In this document: positions 18,617-28,808 of the stretch, piece by piece
How positions within the stretch are numbered: the stretch's first letter is position 1
Layout: every line of letters starts with the position of its first letter
Origin: Bdellovibrionales bacterium
GTDB lineage: Bacteria > Bdellovibrionota > Bdellovibrionia > Bdellovibrionales > CAYMLA01
Assembly: GCA_965217115.1 (NCBI GenBank)
Contig: OZ244239.1
Location: forward strand, 1,088,001 to 1,152,000
DNA length: 64,000 nt
Direction of reading: 5' to 3'
Program-made: the position numbers and the translations under genes
The notes under the pieces: generated by a model
The model's input: only the letters and a program-made list of their open reading frames with translations
What the model was told of the DNA's origin: nothing
Database searches by the model: none

Positions 18617-21517
18617 ATGGGAAAAATAAAACTCTTTGGTGTTCAACAAAATAACCTAAAAAACATCGATGTTGAAATTCCTCTGAACTCTTTCACCGTC
18701 GTTTGTGGTCCTAGCGGATCAGGAAAAAGCTCTCTTGCCTTTGAAACCCTCTACGCCGAAGGGCAGAGACGCTACATCGAGGGAATGTCAAACTATGCGA
18801 AACAATTTCTTAGTAAATTGCCTAAACCCAACGTAGAACTCATCGAAAACATCCCTCCCGCCATCGCCATTGAACAAAAAAATTCTGTGAAGAACAGCCG
18901 CTCCACTGTTGGTACTCACACCGAAATTCTCGATTATTTAAGACTACTTTTTGAAAAAATCGGTATCGCTCACTGTCCAAAGCACAAAACCCCTCTCAAA
19001 TCTCATAACATTACCCATGCAACAGACCTCTGTCTTAAACACTTTTCAAACAAGAAAGGCTATCTTCTCGCGCCCATATACAAAAAACATCGTGTCTTTA
19101 AAGGTAAGAAACTTCTCTCACAACTTTTACAAGATGGATTTTTAAGAATTTATCTCCCCCCTAAAAAAACACAGGTTCATTTAATTAAAAAGACTAAAAC
19201 CTCCTTTCCTGTTATTTCTGTTGAAATGGGTGAAGTTATTGATCTTCAATCTCCCTCTATCTTAAAAAAAGGTCTGCCCAATGAAAATTTCTACATCGTT
19301 ATTGATCGCCTTCTCTTTAATTCTGATGATGAAAATAAACAACGTATCTCAGACTCCATTGAGCAAAGCTATCAAACATCCTTAAAGTTTAACTCCAGTG
19401 AAATCAAAGGTCGATGTCATTTTTTAACAACACAAGGGGAGCTTCTTAAAACATCACAAACTTCAAGCTGCCCTATTTGTCACACAACCTCTCAGCCCAT
19501 CACAGCCAGTTTTTTTAGTTTTAACAATCCACTGGGAGCCTGTCCCTCTTGTAAGGGATTTGGCAATACACTTGATCTTTGCAAGAATAAAATTATTCCT
19601 CGACCCCACCTTTCGATCAAAGAAGGAGCGATTATCCCCTTCTCAATGCCAAGCGCTAAAAAAGATCTTAAAAGACTTCTTAAATTCTGTGAAAAACACA
19701 AAATAAACACTGACCATTCCTGGGAATCTCTCTCTGAAAAACATCAGGGAATGATATGGAACGGAACCAAGGATTTTTATGGTATTAAAGGTTTATTTGA
19801 GTATTTAGAAACAAAAAAATACAAAATGTATGTGCGTGTCTTTCTCTCTCGTTTTAAAAGCCCTTCGATTTGCTCTGTCTGCCAAGGGACAAGGTTAAAA
19901 AAAGATTCTCAATCTGTGCTTATTAAAAATAAAAACATCTCTCAATTTTCGACTCTAACCATAAAAGATCTTCACTCTTTTTTCTTAAATCTCACACTCT
20001 CAAAAAAAGAAAACAATGCCTCCCATGAAATTATTCGCCAAATCAAAAAACGCTTGAAATTTCTTCTTGATGTTGGCGTCTACTACCTCACCTTTGATCG
20101 TGAAACAAAAACTCTCTCTGGGGGAGAGTTTCAGCGACTCAATCTAGCAAAACAACTGGGCATGGGACTCTCTCAGTCACTCTATGTTCTTGATGAACCG
20201 ACCATTGGGCTTCATCCAAGAGACAATAAAAGACTCATTCAAATTCTACAAGAATTACATAAACTCGGAAACACCCTTGTTGTCGTTGAACACGATCAGA
20301 GTGTTATTGAAAATGCGTCTTACCTTATTGAAATGGGGCCTGGTTCAGGAAAAAACGGTGGTGAAATCATCTTTTCTGGAAAATTAGAACAATTCTACAA
20401 AAGCACTCGCTCTAAAACTCTACCATTTTTACAAAAGAAGAACCCCCCCCCTCTCTCTTGCTCTAAGATGTCTAAACCCTTCAATACAAACAAACACAGT
20501 GCTTTCTTACAGCTAAAAGGATGCCAGGGAAACAATTTAAAGAATATTCACTTAAAACTCCCCTTACATTGCTTTGTGACCATCACTGGCGTGAGTGGCT
20601 CTGGAAAATCAACCCTTATCACTCAAACACTCTACCCTGCCCTAGCAAAAAAAATCATGGGTGAGCCATCGACAGGACACAGTTATAAATCTCTTTCTGG
20701 CGAAGAGTCTTTACAAAATGCCCTTCTCATCGACCAATCATCCATTAGCAAAACAGCCCGTAGTAACCCCGTCTCTTATTTGAAGGTTTTTGATAGTATC
20801 AGAAAAGTTTTTTCAGATACTAAAGAGGCTAAGAACAGAAACTACACTCCTGGGACATTTAGCCTTAATGTCGACGGCGGACGCTGCCCTCTCTGTAAGG
20901 GTCTTGGGTTTGAAGAGGTGGATATGATTTTCATGGATAATATCTCTATTCCCTGTGAAGTTTGCGATGGCGTAAAGTATCGCAAAGATATCCTCGAAAT
21001 TAAATGGGGTGGTAAAAACATCCACGACGTTCTAAATATAACGATAGATGAGGCCATAGAGTTCTTCATCTCTCTGCCCCACATTCGGAAACCCCTTTCT
21101 ATACTTAAAGATGTCGGTTTGGGCTACCTAAAACTTGGTCAATCCATGAACTCCTTAAGTGGCGGCGAGGCACAGCGATTAAAAATCGCCAAAGAACTCA
21201 GCCAGAACAGACAAAAAGCCACTTTATACATTATGGATGAACCGACAACTGGCCTTCATTTCCAAGAAATTTGGCAATTAATTCATGTTATTGATAAATT
21301 AATCGCCAGTGGCTCCTCCGTTGTTCTTATTGAACACAATATGGACATTATTAACTCTTCCGACTATATTATTGATCTCGGACCTGAAGCGGGACAAGAT
21401 GGAGGTTTTATTGTCGCCCAAGGAAGCGTCAGTGAAATCACTCAGTGTCCACAGAGCCTGACAGGGCAATATTTAAAAATACACCAAAAAGGATACAAAC
21501 AGGCCAAGGTAATATGA
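18617..21517 (+). CDS. uvrA: Excinuclease ABC subunit A (UvrA family)
   Basis: NNLKNI, GPSGSGKSSLAFETLYAEGQRRY, two ABC cassettes (LSGGE..., DEPT), CxxC zinc sites. Confidence 0.92.
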   Translation: MGKIKLFGVQQNNLKNIDVEIPLNSFTVVCGPSGSGKSSLAFETLYAEGQRRYIEGMSNYAKQFLSKLPKPNVELIENIPPAIAIEQKNSVKNSRSTVGTHTEILDYLRLLFEKIGIAHCPKHKTPLKSHNITHATDLCLKHFSNKKGYLLAPIYKKHRVFKGKKLLSQLLQDGFLRIYLPPKKTQVHLIKKTKTSFPVISVEMGEVIDLQSPSILKKGLPNENFYIVIDRLLFNSDDENKQRISDSIEQSYQTSLKFNSSEIKGRCHFLTTQGELLKTSQTSSCPICHTTSQPITASFFSFNNPLGACPSCKGFGNTLDLCKNKIIPRPHLSIKEGAIIPFSMPSAKKDLKRLLKFCEKHKINTDHSWESLSEKHQGMIWNGTKDFYGIKGLFEYLETKKYKMYVRVFLSRFKSPSICSVCQGTRLKKDSQSVLIKNKNISQFSTLTIKDLHSFFLNLTLSKKENNASHEIIRQIKKRLKFLLDVGVYYLTFDRETKTLSGGEFQRLNLAKQLGMGLSQSLYVLDEPTIGLHPRDNKRLIQILQELHKLGNTLVVVEHDQSVIENASYLIEMGPGSGKNGGEIIFSGKLEQFYKSTRSKTLPFLQKKNPPPLSCSKMSKPFNTNKHSAFLQLKGCQGNNLKNIHLKLPLHCFVTITGVSGSGKSTLITQTLYPALAKKIMGEPSTGHSYKSLSGEESLQNALLIDQSSISKTARSNPVSYLKVFDSIRKVFSDTKEAKNRNYTPGTFSLNVDGGRCPLCKGLGFEEVDMIFMDNISIPCEVCDGVKYRKDILEIKWGGKNIHDVLNITIDEAIEFFISLPHIRKPLSILKDVGLGYLKLGQSMNSLSGGEAQRLKIAKELSQNRQKATLYIMDEPTTGLHFQEIWQLIHVIDKLIASGSSVVLIEHNMDIINSSDYIIDLGPEAGQDGGFIVAQGSVSEITQCPQSLTGQYLKIHQKGYKQAKVI

Positions 21518-23250
21518 ACGAAATCAAAAAAATACTCAAACAACTTTCATCCCATAAGAGCACCGTCAGTGTTGTCATGCTCACAGGTATTTTGATGAGT
21601 TCCATGCAAACAGCTACTTTAAAGTTCTTAAAGGACTTGGTGGATATCATGGGCAAAAGCAATCCTCAAATGAGCGAAGTTTACTATTATGTCAGCATTA
21701 TCATTGGACTCTCTCTGGTTGCCGCTATCTCTCGTTATCTTCACTTTTTCTTAATGAATATAACAGCCGAAAAAGTCTCCTTAAGTTTAAGGCGACAAGT
21801 GCAAAAGCGTTTTTTAACGCTCAATTTAACTTTTCATAACTCCTACGCCACTGGTTCAGGAGGACTTCTCAGTCGAGTCCTCAATGATGTTATGGTTATT
21901 CATCATGGGTTACGCCTTGTTGCCGATATTTTTCGAGAACCTATTTTATTGGTTCTTATGCTGGGAACTCTATTTTATATCAATTGGAAATTAACCATCT
22001 CTATCGTCATTCTGCTACCGATCATCTCTTTATTCTTAAAACAGTTAGCCCGCAGTTTGCGTAAATATGGAAAAACCAGCCAAGAAATTTTTGAAAAAAT
22101 CACAAACACCCTCAAAGAAAGCATTGAGGGTGTTCGCGTTATTCAATCCTTTAATCTCGAAAAAGAAATGGCCAGTCGTTTTGATGAAGAGGGAAAAGAT
22201 TTTTTACAGGCGCGAAACAAGGTTCACAGTCGAACGGAAATTGCTGGCCCTGTCACAGAATTTATTGTTATCACTTTATTTGTCGGTCTTGTTGTCTACA
22301 TGGGATTTCAAATTATCGAAGAAAAAGCTTCTCTTGGTGAATTCATTTGGTACACTGGTGCTCTTTTATCATTGCAAAAACCTGTTAAAAAACTACAAGA
22401 ATCTTTTGTTAGAATTCAAGAATCCATTGTCGCTATTAAAAGAGTCTTCGCTATCATAGAGGACAAGAACGTTGTTCCCGATACTTCAAATCCAAAAAAA
22501 TTTCCTGATGATTGGAAAACCATTGAGTTTAGAAACGTCTCCTTCCAATACGGAGAAAAAGAGGTCCTTAAGGATTTTAACCTTAAAATTGAACGAGGAA
22601 AAAAAATCGCCCTCGTCGGCTCCAGTGGCAGTGGTAAATCAACGATTGTTAATATGCTAAAGCGCTTTTATGATCCAACTCAAGGGGAGATATATATAGA
22701 TGATATCCCCATCAAAGAACTGTCCCTGCCTGTCCTTAGAAAAAACATCTCTCTTGTAAGCCAGGATGTTTTTCTTTTTAACAGCAGCATCGCCTACAAC
22801 ATACAGTCTGGAAATTTTCAAAAACAAGAAATGGACATTTATTCTGCGGCAGAGCTTGCCAACGCCTCTGGTTTTATAAAGAACTTTCCAAAACAATATG
22901 ACACCCCCGTCGGCGAACGGGGAGGTCGGCTTTCTGGAGGGGAGAAACAGAGAATAAGCATTGCACGGGCTATTTTAAAGAATGCACCCATATTGATTTT
23001 AGACGAAGCGACCTCAGCCCTTGATTCATCCAGTGAAGCAGATGTACAGAAAGGCCTCAATCATTTAATGGAAAACAGAACAGCTATTATCGTCGCCCAT
23101 AGACTCTCCACCATCGCCAGCGTGGATCACATTGTTGTTTTAGACAAAGGCATTATTCTTGAGCAGGGCACTCACTCTGAGCTTTTACAAAGGAGGGGAG
23201 CCTATTATCAATTCTCCCTCCTCCAGCAAAACCTTGATTTAGATAAATAA
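21514..23250 (+). CDS. ABC transporter ATP-binding/permease, MsbA-like
   Basis: TM domain plus GSSGSGKST, LSGGEKQR, ILDEATSALD; ATG 21514 overlaps uvrA stop (ATGA). Confidence 0.9.
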   Translation: MNEIKKILKQLSSHKSTVSVVMLTGILMSSMQTATLKFLKDLVDIMGKSNPQMSEVYYYVSIIIGLSLVAAISRYLHFFLMNITAEKVSLSLRRQVQKRFLTLNLTFHNSYATGSGGLLSRVLNDVMVIHHGLRLVADIFREPILLVLMLGTLFYINWKLTISIVILLPIISLFLKQLARSLRKYGKTSQEIFEKITNTLKESIEGVRVIQSFNLEKEMASRFDEEGKDFLQARNKVHSRTEIAGPVTEFIVITLFVGLVVYMGFQIIEEKASLGEFIWYTGALLSLQKPVKKLQESFVRIQESIVAIKRVFAIIEDKNVVPDTSNPKKFPDDWKTIEFRNVSFQYGEKEVLKDFNLKIERGKKIALVGSSGSGKSTIVNMLKRFYDPTQGEIYIDDIPIKELSLPVLRKNISLVSQDVFLFNSSIAYNIQSGNFQKQEMDIYSAAELANASGFIKNFPKQYDTPVGERGGRLSGGEKQRISIARAILKNAPILILDEATSALDSSSEADVQKGLNHLMENRTAIIVAHRLSTIASVDHIVVLDKGIILEQGTHSELLQRRGAYYQFSLLQQNLDLDK

Positions 23251-23251
23251 A

Positions 23252-24688
23252 TTATTTTTTATCCACCGTCCAAACAGAATATATACTGGGAAACAACTCT
23301 TCCTTCGACAGATAAATATAACCCGTCTCTGGGTCACAAGTGATACCGCTCTCCTTATATACAGAACAATTTTTTCCCCAACTGTTTCTTACTAAATATT
23401 CACAGCTCTTCTTCTCTTTATTGTATTTTCTGCCAATAATTAGGGCCGAATGAGCTGAAGCGGGCAGGTACACTCCTTTTTCTTTAAGAAAACTAGACAT
23501 AAAATCAAGGCCCACGGTTTTTCCCCCATTAAGCCATTTATCAATCTGATTGTATTGCTTATGTTTTGATCCTTGAAGAAAAGTTGCTCTAAAATCCTTA
23601 AGATCAACTCGGGAAGTGCAACTCTTGTCTCTAAGTTCCTCCAAATAAGACCAGGTCGATGAGTGCTCTAGAACATCAAGAATGTCTTTGATCTCTAATT
23701 TTGGAAACACCGATGAAAGGGCGCTCTTACAGAGCTTTTCCTCCATTAGATATTTCTTTTTCTCTTCCCTTGAATGATAGCTTTCTTGACCAAATGAATC
23801 TCTGAAACTCTGATCATATTTAAGTTTAAAATTTTGAATCCTGAACAACAAATCTCCAATATCTTTAGTAGAAGAGTCACCTGACGACTTCACGTCCGCT
23901 TCAAGACAAACCTTCTGGTCCATGATTTCTTTCAAAAAACCTAGATATCCACTATCAAATTGCCATGGTCCCTCTTTCTCGGAACGGGGGACATTCCAAT
24001 TATTAGATTTTACTTTCTTGAAATACCTGAGGGCTATATCAACTGCAGAAATGGGCTTGCCAGTTTGGGCCGTGATTAAATCACTGATAGCATATGCAAA
24101 ACACCACCCGTTACTTCCTTGATCTCTGGTGGGAACATCTTTAAATTTAGAGGACAGATCAATTTCTGGCTGACATTTTTCTTGCTCTTTGAGCTGGTTT
24201 TTTTTTGAAACTTCTGCTAGACCATTTAATTTTCCTATTATTCTCAGGGCTTTTGTCGAAATTCTAGACGTCTCAATTTTATTCTCTCTGATCTCTTTTC
24301 TAATATTAGTGATGTCTCTACTCACATCTTGAAACATTGATTTGTTTTCTATATGCCTCAATCGGGATTCCACACGAAGCTGATTAAGGCCATTTTCAGG
24401 GAGCCCCACATCACTCTGAGTGAGGCAATGTCTATTTAAGATTAGTTCCGTCTCGTTTATTTCCGCTTCCACATTATAAGATATACCCATTAATACAGAG
24501 CGCCTTATTTTCCCATAGGAATTAAGAACATTATTTAGAATGGCTTCCTTGCCCTCTTTATCGAGATCACAAATTTTGCCACTGCCCTCGTTTTGATCTA
24601 AATAAAAGCCTCCGATTTCCCCATTACTTTGTGCATTACTTTGTGGAAAAGAGCTTAGTATGAGAATAAACATTAAGTGTTTCATCAT
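23252..24688 (-). CDS. Secreted papain-like (C1) cysteine peptidase
   Basis: Signal peptide; RDQGSNGWCFAYA (Gln/Cys), AHSALIIG (His), LVRNSWG (Asn). Confidence 0.85.
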   Translation of the reverse strand: MMKHLMFILILSSFPQSNAQSNGEIGGFYLDQNEGSGKICDLDKEGKEAILNNVLNSYGKIRRSVLMGISYNVEAEINETELILNRHCLTQSDVGLPENGLNQLRVESRLRHIENKSMFQDVSRDITNIRKEIRENKIETSRISTKALRIIGKLNGLAEVSKKNQLKEQEKCQPEIDLSSKFKDVPTRDQGSNGWCFAYAISDLITAQTGKPISAVDIALRYFKKVKSNNWNVPRSEKEGPWQFDSGYLGFLKEIMDQKVCLEADVKSSGDSSTKDIGDLLFRIQNFKLKYDQSFRDSFGQESYHSREEKKKYLMEEKLCKSALSSVFPKLEIKDILDVLEHSSTWSYLEELRDKSCTSRVDLKDFRATFLQGSKHKQYNQIDKWLNGGKTVGLDFMSSFLKEKGVYLPASAHSALIIGRKYNKEKKSCEYLVRNSWGKNCSVYKESGITCDPETGYIYLSKEELFPSIYSVWTVDKK

Positions 24689-24698
24689 AACAGCTTAG

Positions 24699-24725
24699 GT
24701 TTCGGTTTTTTTTTAAAATCACTCA
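24699..24725 (-). promoter_or_regulatory. Sigma28-like promoter of the C1 peptidase
   Basis: Minus strand TGAG-N15-ACCGAAAC. Confidence 0.45.
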
Positions 24726-24978
24726 ATAAAGAAACTGCCCTGGCAGAAAACATAAAGGCCTACTAGACTAAAGTCCTAGGCCCCTTCGATAACATCTCCA
24801 CAGGATCATCTTGATTCTAAAGAGCCCTCTTCCATGCTCTGAAATGATTAAGAGATGATTTACTTGGAAAAAAAAAGAAAATAGTGACTAAACTTTGATC
24901 TAAAACCCTTCCATTTCTTTCTTGAAACAACATTGGTTTTAGATATTTAGCTTATTTTTATAAAAACATTGAACAGTC

Positions 24979-25005
24979 TCAAGTTGTTCATTTTTTTGAC
25001 GATAA
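24979..25005 (+). promoter_or_regulatory. Sigma28 (FliA)-like promoter of the sigma54 activator
   Basis: TCAA-N15-GACGATAA; overlapped by inverted repeat TGAACA-N9-TGTTCA (24970-24990). Confidence 0.6.
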
Positions 25006-25088
25006 GTGTGATGTTAACACCAATGGCGTGAATGCCGCCTGAATCGTCCATTTAAAAACCAAGGACCTTCAGGACTAAAGGAGAGGAA

Positions 25089-26630
25089 ATGATTAACTGG
25101 GACGAATTTGAACACATACATGTCATCAAAAGACTTAAAGGGGTTCTTAATTCATGGTGGAATATCGACACTGTTTTCACTGACGAACGTGGACAGTTAA
25201 AGGGGTTTTATAAAGATAAAACCTCCTTTGCAAACCCTGTTACGGAAAGCTTTCTCAGCAAAGAATCCGCTGCAAATAATCTCTGCGAACTTGTCTCTAA
25301 AACTTTAGATGAATTACGTATTTCAGAAAACCGCTATGCCATTCGTAAATGGGATATGACAGGATTTGATGTCGCCATTTTCCCTATTATCATTGATGGG
25401 GATATGCTGGGAACTGTTGTCACTCTTGGATTCTTAAAAGACAGCGAAGGGAATCGTCTGGTTGAGATTCGCGAAAGGCTGGCTGCCTTCGGCTGTTCTG
25501 GGGATATTATAGAAGCCGCCCTCTCTAAAGTAAAATTTCTTGAAGACCAAGAAAAAAATCATTTCTTGGAACTAGCTCACCTTGTTGCTCAGGAGGTCGT
25601 TACTCTCCACCTAGAAATCACTTCACGGGAAAATAGAATTGAAGAACTCAATAAAGAACTGGGAAGTCGTTATAAATACGACAATATGATTGGTAAGTGC
25701 AAACCTATGCAGAGTCTTTACGCTCTTTTAGATAAAATTAAAAAATCCGAGAGCACTGTGCTTATTCAAGGTGAAAACGGAACTGGTAAGGAGCTTATTG
25801 CCAAGGCCATTCACTATAACTCAGATCGCAAAGACAATCCTTTTGTTATTCAAAACTGTTCGGCCTTTAACGATAATCTACTAGAATCAGAGCTTTTTGG
25901 TCATATCAAAGGGTCCTTTACAGGGGCGAATCGCGATAAGAAAGGCCTCTTTGAAATGGCTGACAAAGGAACCTTTTTCTTAGATGAAATTGGTGATACA
26001 TCACCACAAATGCAAGTTAAGCTTCTCAGGGTTCTCCAAGAGGGAACGTTTCTGCCCGTAGGTGCTGTCGATTACAAACGTATTAATGTAAGGTTTCTCG
26101 CTGCGACAAATAAGAATTTACGGGAAATGGTTGAGAAAGGAACCTTCCGTGAAGATTTATATTACAGACTAAACGTGATTAACCTGAGAGTTCCTCCTCT
26201 GCGTGAACGCAAAGAAGATTTACCACTTCTTGTAGACTTTTTCTTGAAGAAAAACTCTGACTCTAAGAATTTTCTAACAAAGAGAGCCTTGGAAAAACTA
26301 TATGACTACTCTTGGCCTGGTAATGTCAGAGAGTTACAAAATGAAATAGAAAGACTCTCTGTTCTCTCTGGTGAAGACACGAAACTCACTGCTGACATGC
26401 TCTCTCTGAAGATCATCGAAGCCTCAGAAAAAGGAAAACTTCAAGGCACTCGACTTCAGGGAAAACTTAAGGATGCCATTGAAGAACTGGAAAGGGGCAT
26501 GATTAAGGAGGGCCTTCATCGCACGGGCTGGAATAAGTCCAAACTGGCTAAAGAACTTGGGATCAGCCGAGCAGGACTTATAATGAAAGTTGAGAAGTAT
26601 GACCTAGACAAAAGGCGTATTGCTAAATAA
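25089..26630 (+). CDS. Sigma54-dependent activator (bEBP): PocR-like sensor, AAA+, Fis HTH
   Basis: GENGTGKE, ESELFGHIKGSFTGA, FLDEIG, FREDLYYRLNV, WPGNVRELQN, HTH NKSKLAKELGISR. Confidence 0.93.
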   Translation: MINWDEFEHIHVIKRLKGVLNSWWNIDTVFTDERGQLKGFYKDKTSFANPVTESFLSKESAANNLCELVSKTLDELRISENRYAIRKWDMTGFDVAIFPIIIDGDMLGTVVTLGFLKDSEGNRLVEIRERLAAFGCSGDIIEAALSKVKFLEDQEKNHFLELAHLVAQEVVTLHLEITSRENRIEELNKELGSRYKYDNMIGKCKPMQSLYALLDKIKKSESTVLIQGENGTGKELIAKAIHYNSDRKDNPFVIQNCSAFNDNLLESELFGHIKGSFTGANRDKKGLFEMADKGTFFLDEIGDTSPQMQVKLLRVLQEGTFLPVGAVDYKRINVRFLAATNKNLREMVEKGTFREDLYYRLNVINLRVPPLRERKEDLPLLVDFFLKKNSDSKNFLTKRALEKLYDYSWPGNVRELQNEIERLSVLSGEDTKLTADMLSLKIIEASEKGKLQGTRLQGKLKDAIEELERGMIKEGLHRTGWNKSKLAKELGISRAGLIMKVEKYDLDKRRIAK

Positions 26631-26764
26631 TTTTTAACTATCTAAGTGTGTTTTCTAAAACACGCTTTTGTGGCAACTCTATATATATTACAGTAATGAC
26701 TATTAATTAGACTTGGACTCCCTTGCTTAAAAGGCTCTTCTGCCATTTCCTTTGATCTGTTCCT

Positions 26765-26780
26765 AGGCATAGATCTAGCA
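26765..26780 (+). promoter_or_regulatory. Sigma54-like promoter
   Basis: AGGCAT-AGATC-TAGCA; GG-N10-GC spacing exact. Confidence 0.5.
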
Positions 26781-26827
26781 TATCTCCATTTCAAGCCCCC
26801 AACCATTTATTTAAAAAGGGGGATTAG

Positions 26828-27613
26828 ATGAATGAGAGGATATGTATTATGGTGAAAAATTTAAGCTCTTCTGAGTTTTACTGCCCTTCTCAAGGATCTA
26901 TGTGGAATCGACATTTTCAAAGAGTCTGTCATGAATTGTCTGATCTCATGCATGGCCAACATGGCTGTAAATTAAGTGTCAATATTTCTGAACAATCAAA
27001 CCTTTATAAGAACTATTTAAAGCTCAATATACCCGAACTTCCTGAAGAGCTGAATATCTTCATTAGCGACGCACAAACTCTGCCTCTTCAAGAGCAAAAC
27101 AATCTTATTGAACACGTTCAATCAGTCCTAAGCTCTTTTTTGTGTCATTGGCTAGCTCTAGAAAACACGAACAGAGAGTGTCTGCCCCATGTCAGCGTCC
27201 ATGAGAGCTCACTCAAACAAGAAATCCCTCCCATTGTTTTTTCCTCCAAGTGCTGTGAACAACTTGAGCGATCCGCTATAGATTTTAGTCATTTGTTCAA
27301 CCTTCAGGGTTTCATTCATTGGAAAGATCTTTCTATAAATACAGATGAGGACATCCATAAATTAAGTGATATCGTTATTTATGTCTCTGACCTACACCTC
27401 TTAAGCATTAAGGATCAGGATCTTATTGCCCGTAACTTAAACAAAGGGCAATGGGTTTTTGGACACTTGAAATCAACACCTCCCATTAAAAACAATCGTT
27501 CTTTTACCGAAAAAGATCAAGAGAACCTCTCTCGACACACCCTCGATATAGATAATATTCCCTATTTCAAGAAAAACATTCAGGCTGTTATTAAAATGAT
27601 TATTAATTTTTAA
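26828..27613 (+). CDS. Hypothetical protein, degenerate bEBP-type AAA+ domain
   Basis: IVIYVSDLHLLSIKDQDLIARNL and RSFTEKDQENLSRHTLDIDNI align by eye to Walker B and R-finger regions of the adjacent bEBP. Confidence 0.55.
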   Translation: MNERICIMVKNLSSSEFYCPSQGSMWNRHFQRVCHELSDLMHGQHGCKLSVNISEQSNLYKNYLKLNIPELPEELNIFISDAQTLPLQEQNNLIEHVQSVLSSFLCHWLALENTNRECLPHVSVHESSLKQEIPPIVFSSKCCEQLERSAIDFSHLFNLQGFIHWKDLSINTDEDIHKLSDIVIYVSDLHLLSIKDQDLIARNLNKGQWVFGHLKSTPPIKNNRSFTEKDQENLSRHTLDIDNIPYFKKNIQAVIKMIINF

Positions 27614-27677
27614 GCTTGTCACTATTCGACACAGAAGACAGATTGATTATCTCCTCTCTTTTTGTCATTATATCTCC

Positions 27678-28808
27678 ATGGACGAAAACTCACTCGATGA
27701 TAACCCACTCGATGAAAACTCACTCGATGATAACCTACTGAGCAATAGCACAGTAGATCATCAGCTTCCCCAAGAGACTCGCGCCTTTCTTGATAATTAC
27801 CTGAAAACCAGTGCATACTCTATTTGTCAATTAACAGGAGATGCCTCTTCTCGTAAATACTACCGCATTGAACAACCCCCTACTTCTGAAGAAAAATCTA
27901 ACAAAAGCATCATTATGATGTCTTGGGACCCTTTTCTTCCAGAAAAATCCCCTTTTATCAGTGTTCTCCATCACTTTAAAAAAAACCACGTTCACGTGCC
28001 TAATATTATATCCATGGCTCCAGAGCAGGGGCTCATCCTTTTAGAGGATCTGGGGGACATCACCCTTGAACACTTGTTTTGGCAAAACAAAGATAATCAG
28101 AAAGACGTCATTTCTCTTTATCAACAAGCCATTGATGAGCTTATCTCTATTCATTATCCCGCCACTTTTGATAGATCTTCCTGTTCCGCTTTTGATCTTC
28201 AATTTAATTGTGAAAAATTTTTGTGGGAGTTGCAATACAGTTTGGAGCACTTAATTAAAGGCTTCTATGGTTTTGAACTTTCGCAAAAAGATGAGCTTGA
28301 GATAAAAAATATTTTCCTTAGCCTAAGTCAAATTCTGTCCTCTGAACCTACTGTTATTTGTCATCGAGATTATCATTCGCGCAATCTAATGATTAAAGAA
28401 CACCAAATGACTGTTATTGATTTTCAAGACGCACGACTTGGCCCTATTCAGTATGACTTGGTTTCCCTACTCAAAGACTCCTACGTTAATCTTACTGATG
28501 AAACCAGACAGATTCTTATTGATTATTATTTAGAAAAAAGACTGATGATAGATCATCCTTCTATCAAAGAAATTAATCTGAAAGATTTCAAATATATCTT
28601 CGAGCTACAATCTATTCAAAGATGTTTAAAAGCCTGTGGGAGCTTTGCTAGTTTCTATCAATTACGTCAAGACAAACGCTATCTAAAATATCTACCAAGA
28701 ACCCTCAAGCACATTCTTAAATCACTAACGATCTTTCCCCAGTATCAGTTTTTGACTAAGGTTTTATCAGAAGCTTTTTCAAAAGAACACGGGAGCGATG
28801 GACTGTGA
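27678..28808 (+). CDS. amgK: Anomeric MurNAc/GlcNAc kinase-like phosphotransferase (APH family)
   Basis: GDASSRKYYR, LLEDLGD, HRDYHSRNLM, IDFQDA, YDLVSLLKD; overlaps murU-like gene. Confidence 0.8.
   Translation: MDENSLDDNPLDENSLDDNLLSNSTVDHQLPQETRAFLDNYLKTSAYSICQLTGDASSRKYYRIEQPPTSEEKSNKSIIMMSWDPFLPEKSPFISVLHHFKKNHVHVPNIISMAPEQGLILLEDLGDITLEHLFWQNKDNQKDVISLYQQAIDELISIHYPATFDRSSCSAFDLQFNCEKFLWELQYSLEHLIKGFYGFELSQKDELEIKNIFLSLSQILSSEPTVICHRDYHSRNLMIKEHQMTVIDFQDARLGPIQYDLVSLLKDSYVNLTDETRQILIDYYLEKRLMIDHPSIKEINLKDFKYIFELQSIQRCLKACGSFASFYQLRQDKRYLKYLPRTLKHILKSLTIFPQYQFLTKVLSEAFSKEHGSDGL
27681..27740 (+). repeat. 4 x 15-bp in-frame tandem repeat (DENSL/DDNPL)
   Basis: gacgaaaactcactc gatgataacccactc gatgaaaactcactc gatgataacctactg. 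Confidence 0.9.

Noticed and set aside
21445..21513. Track N-terminal extension of the ABC transporter overlapping uvrA
   Set aside because: ATG 21514 gives a typical ATGA coupling; the longer overlap is unnecessary
26646..26669. GTGTTTT-CT-AAAACAC palindrome as an operator
   Set aside because: Immediately after the bEBP stop and followed by Ts; more simply a weak terminator
27681..27740. Short repeats here and at 45.65-45.97 kb as possible CRISPR arrays
   Set aside because: Tandem, in-frame and without spacers; no cas genes
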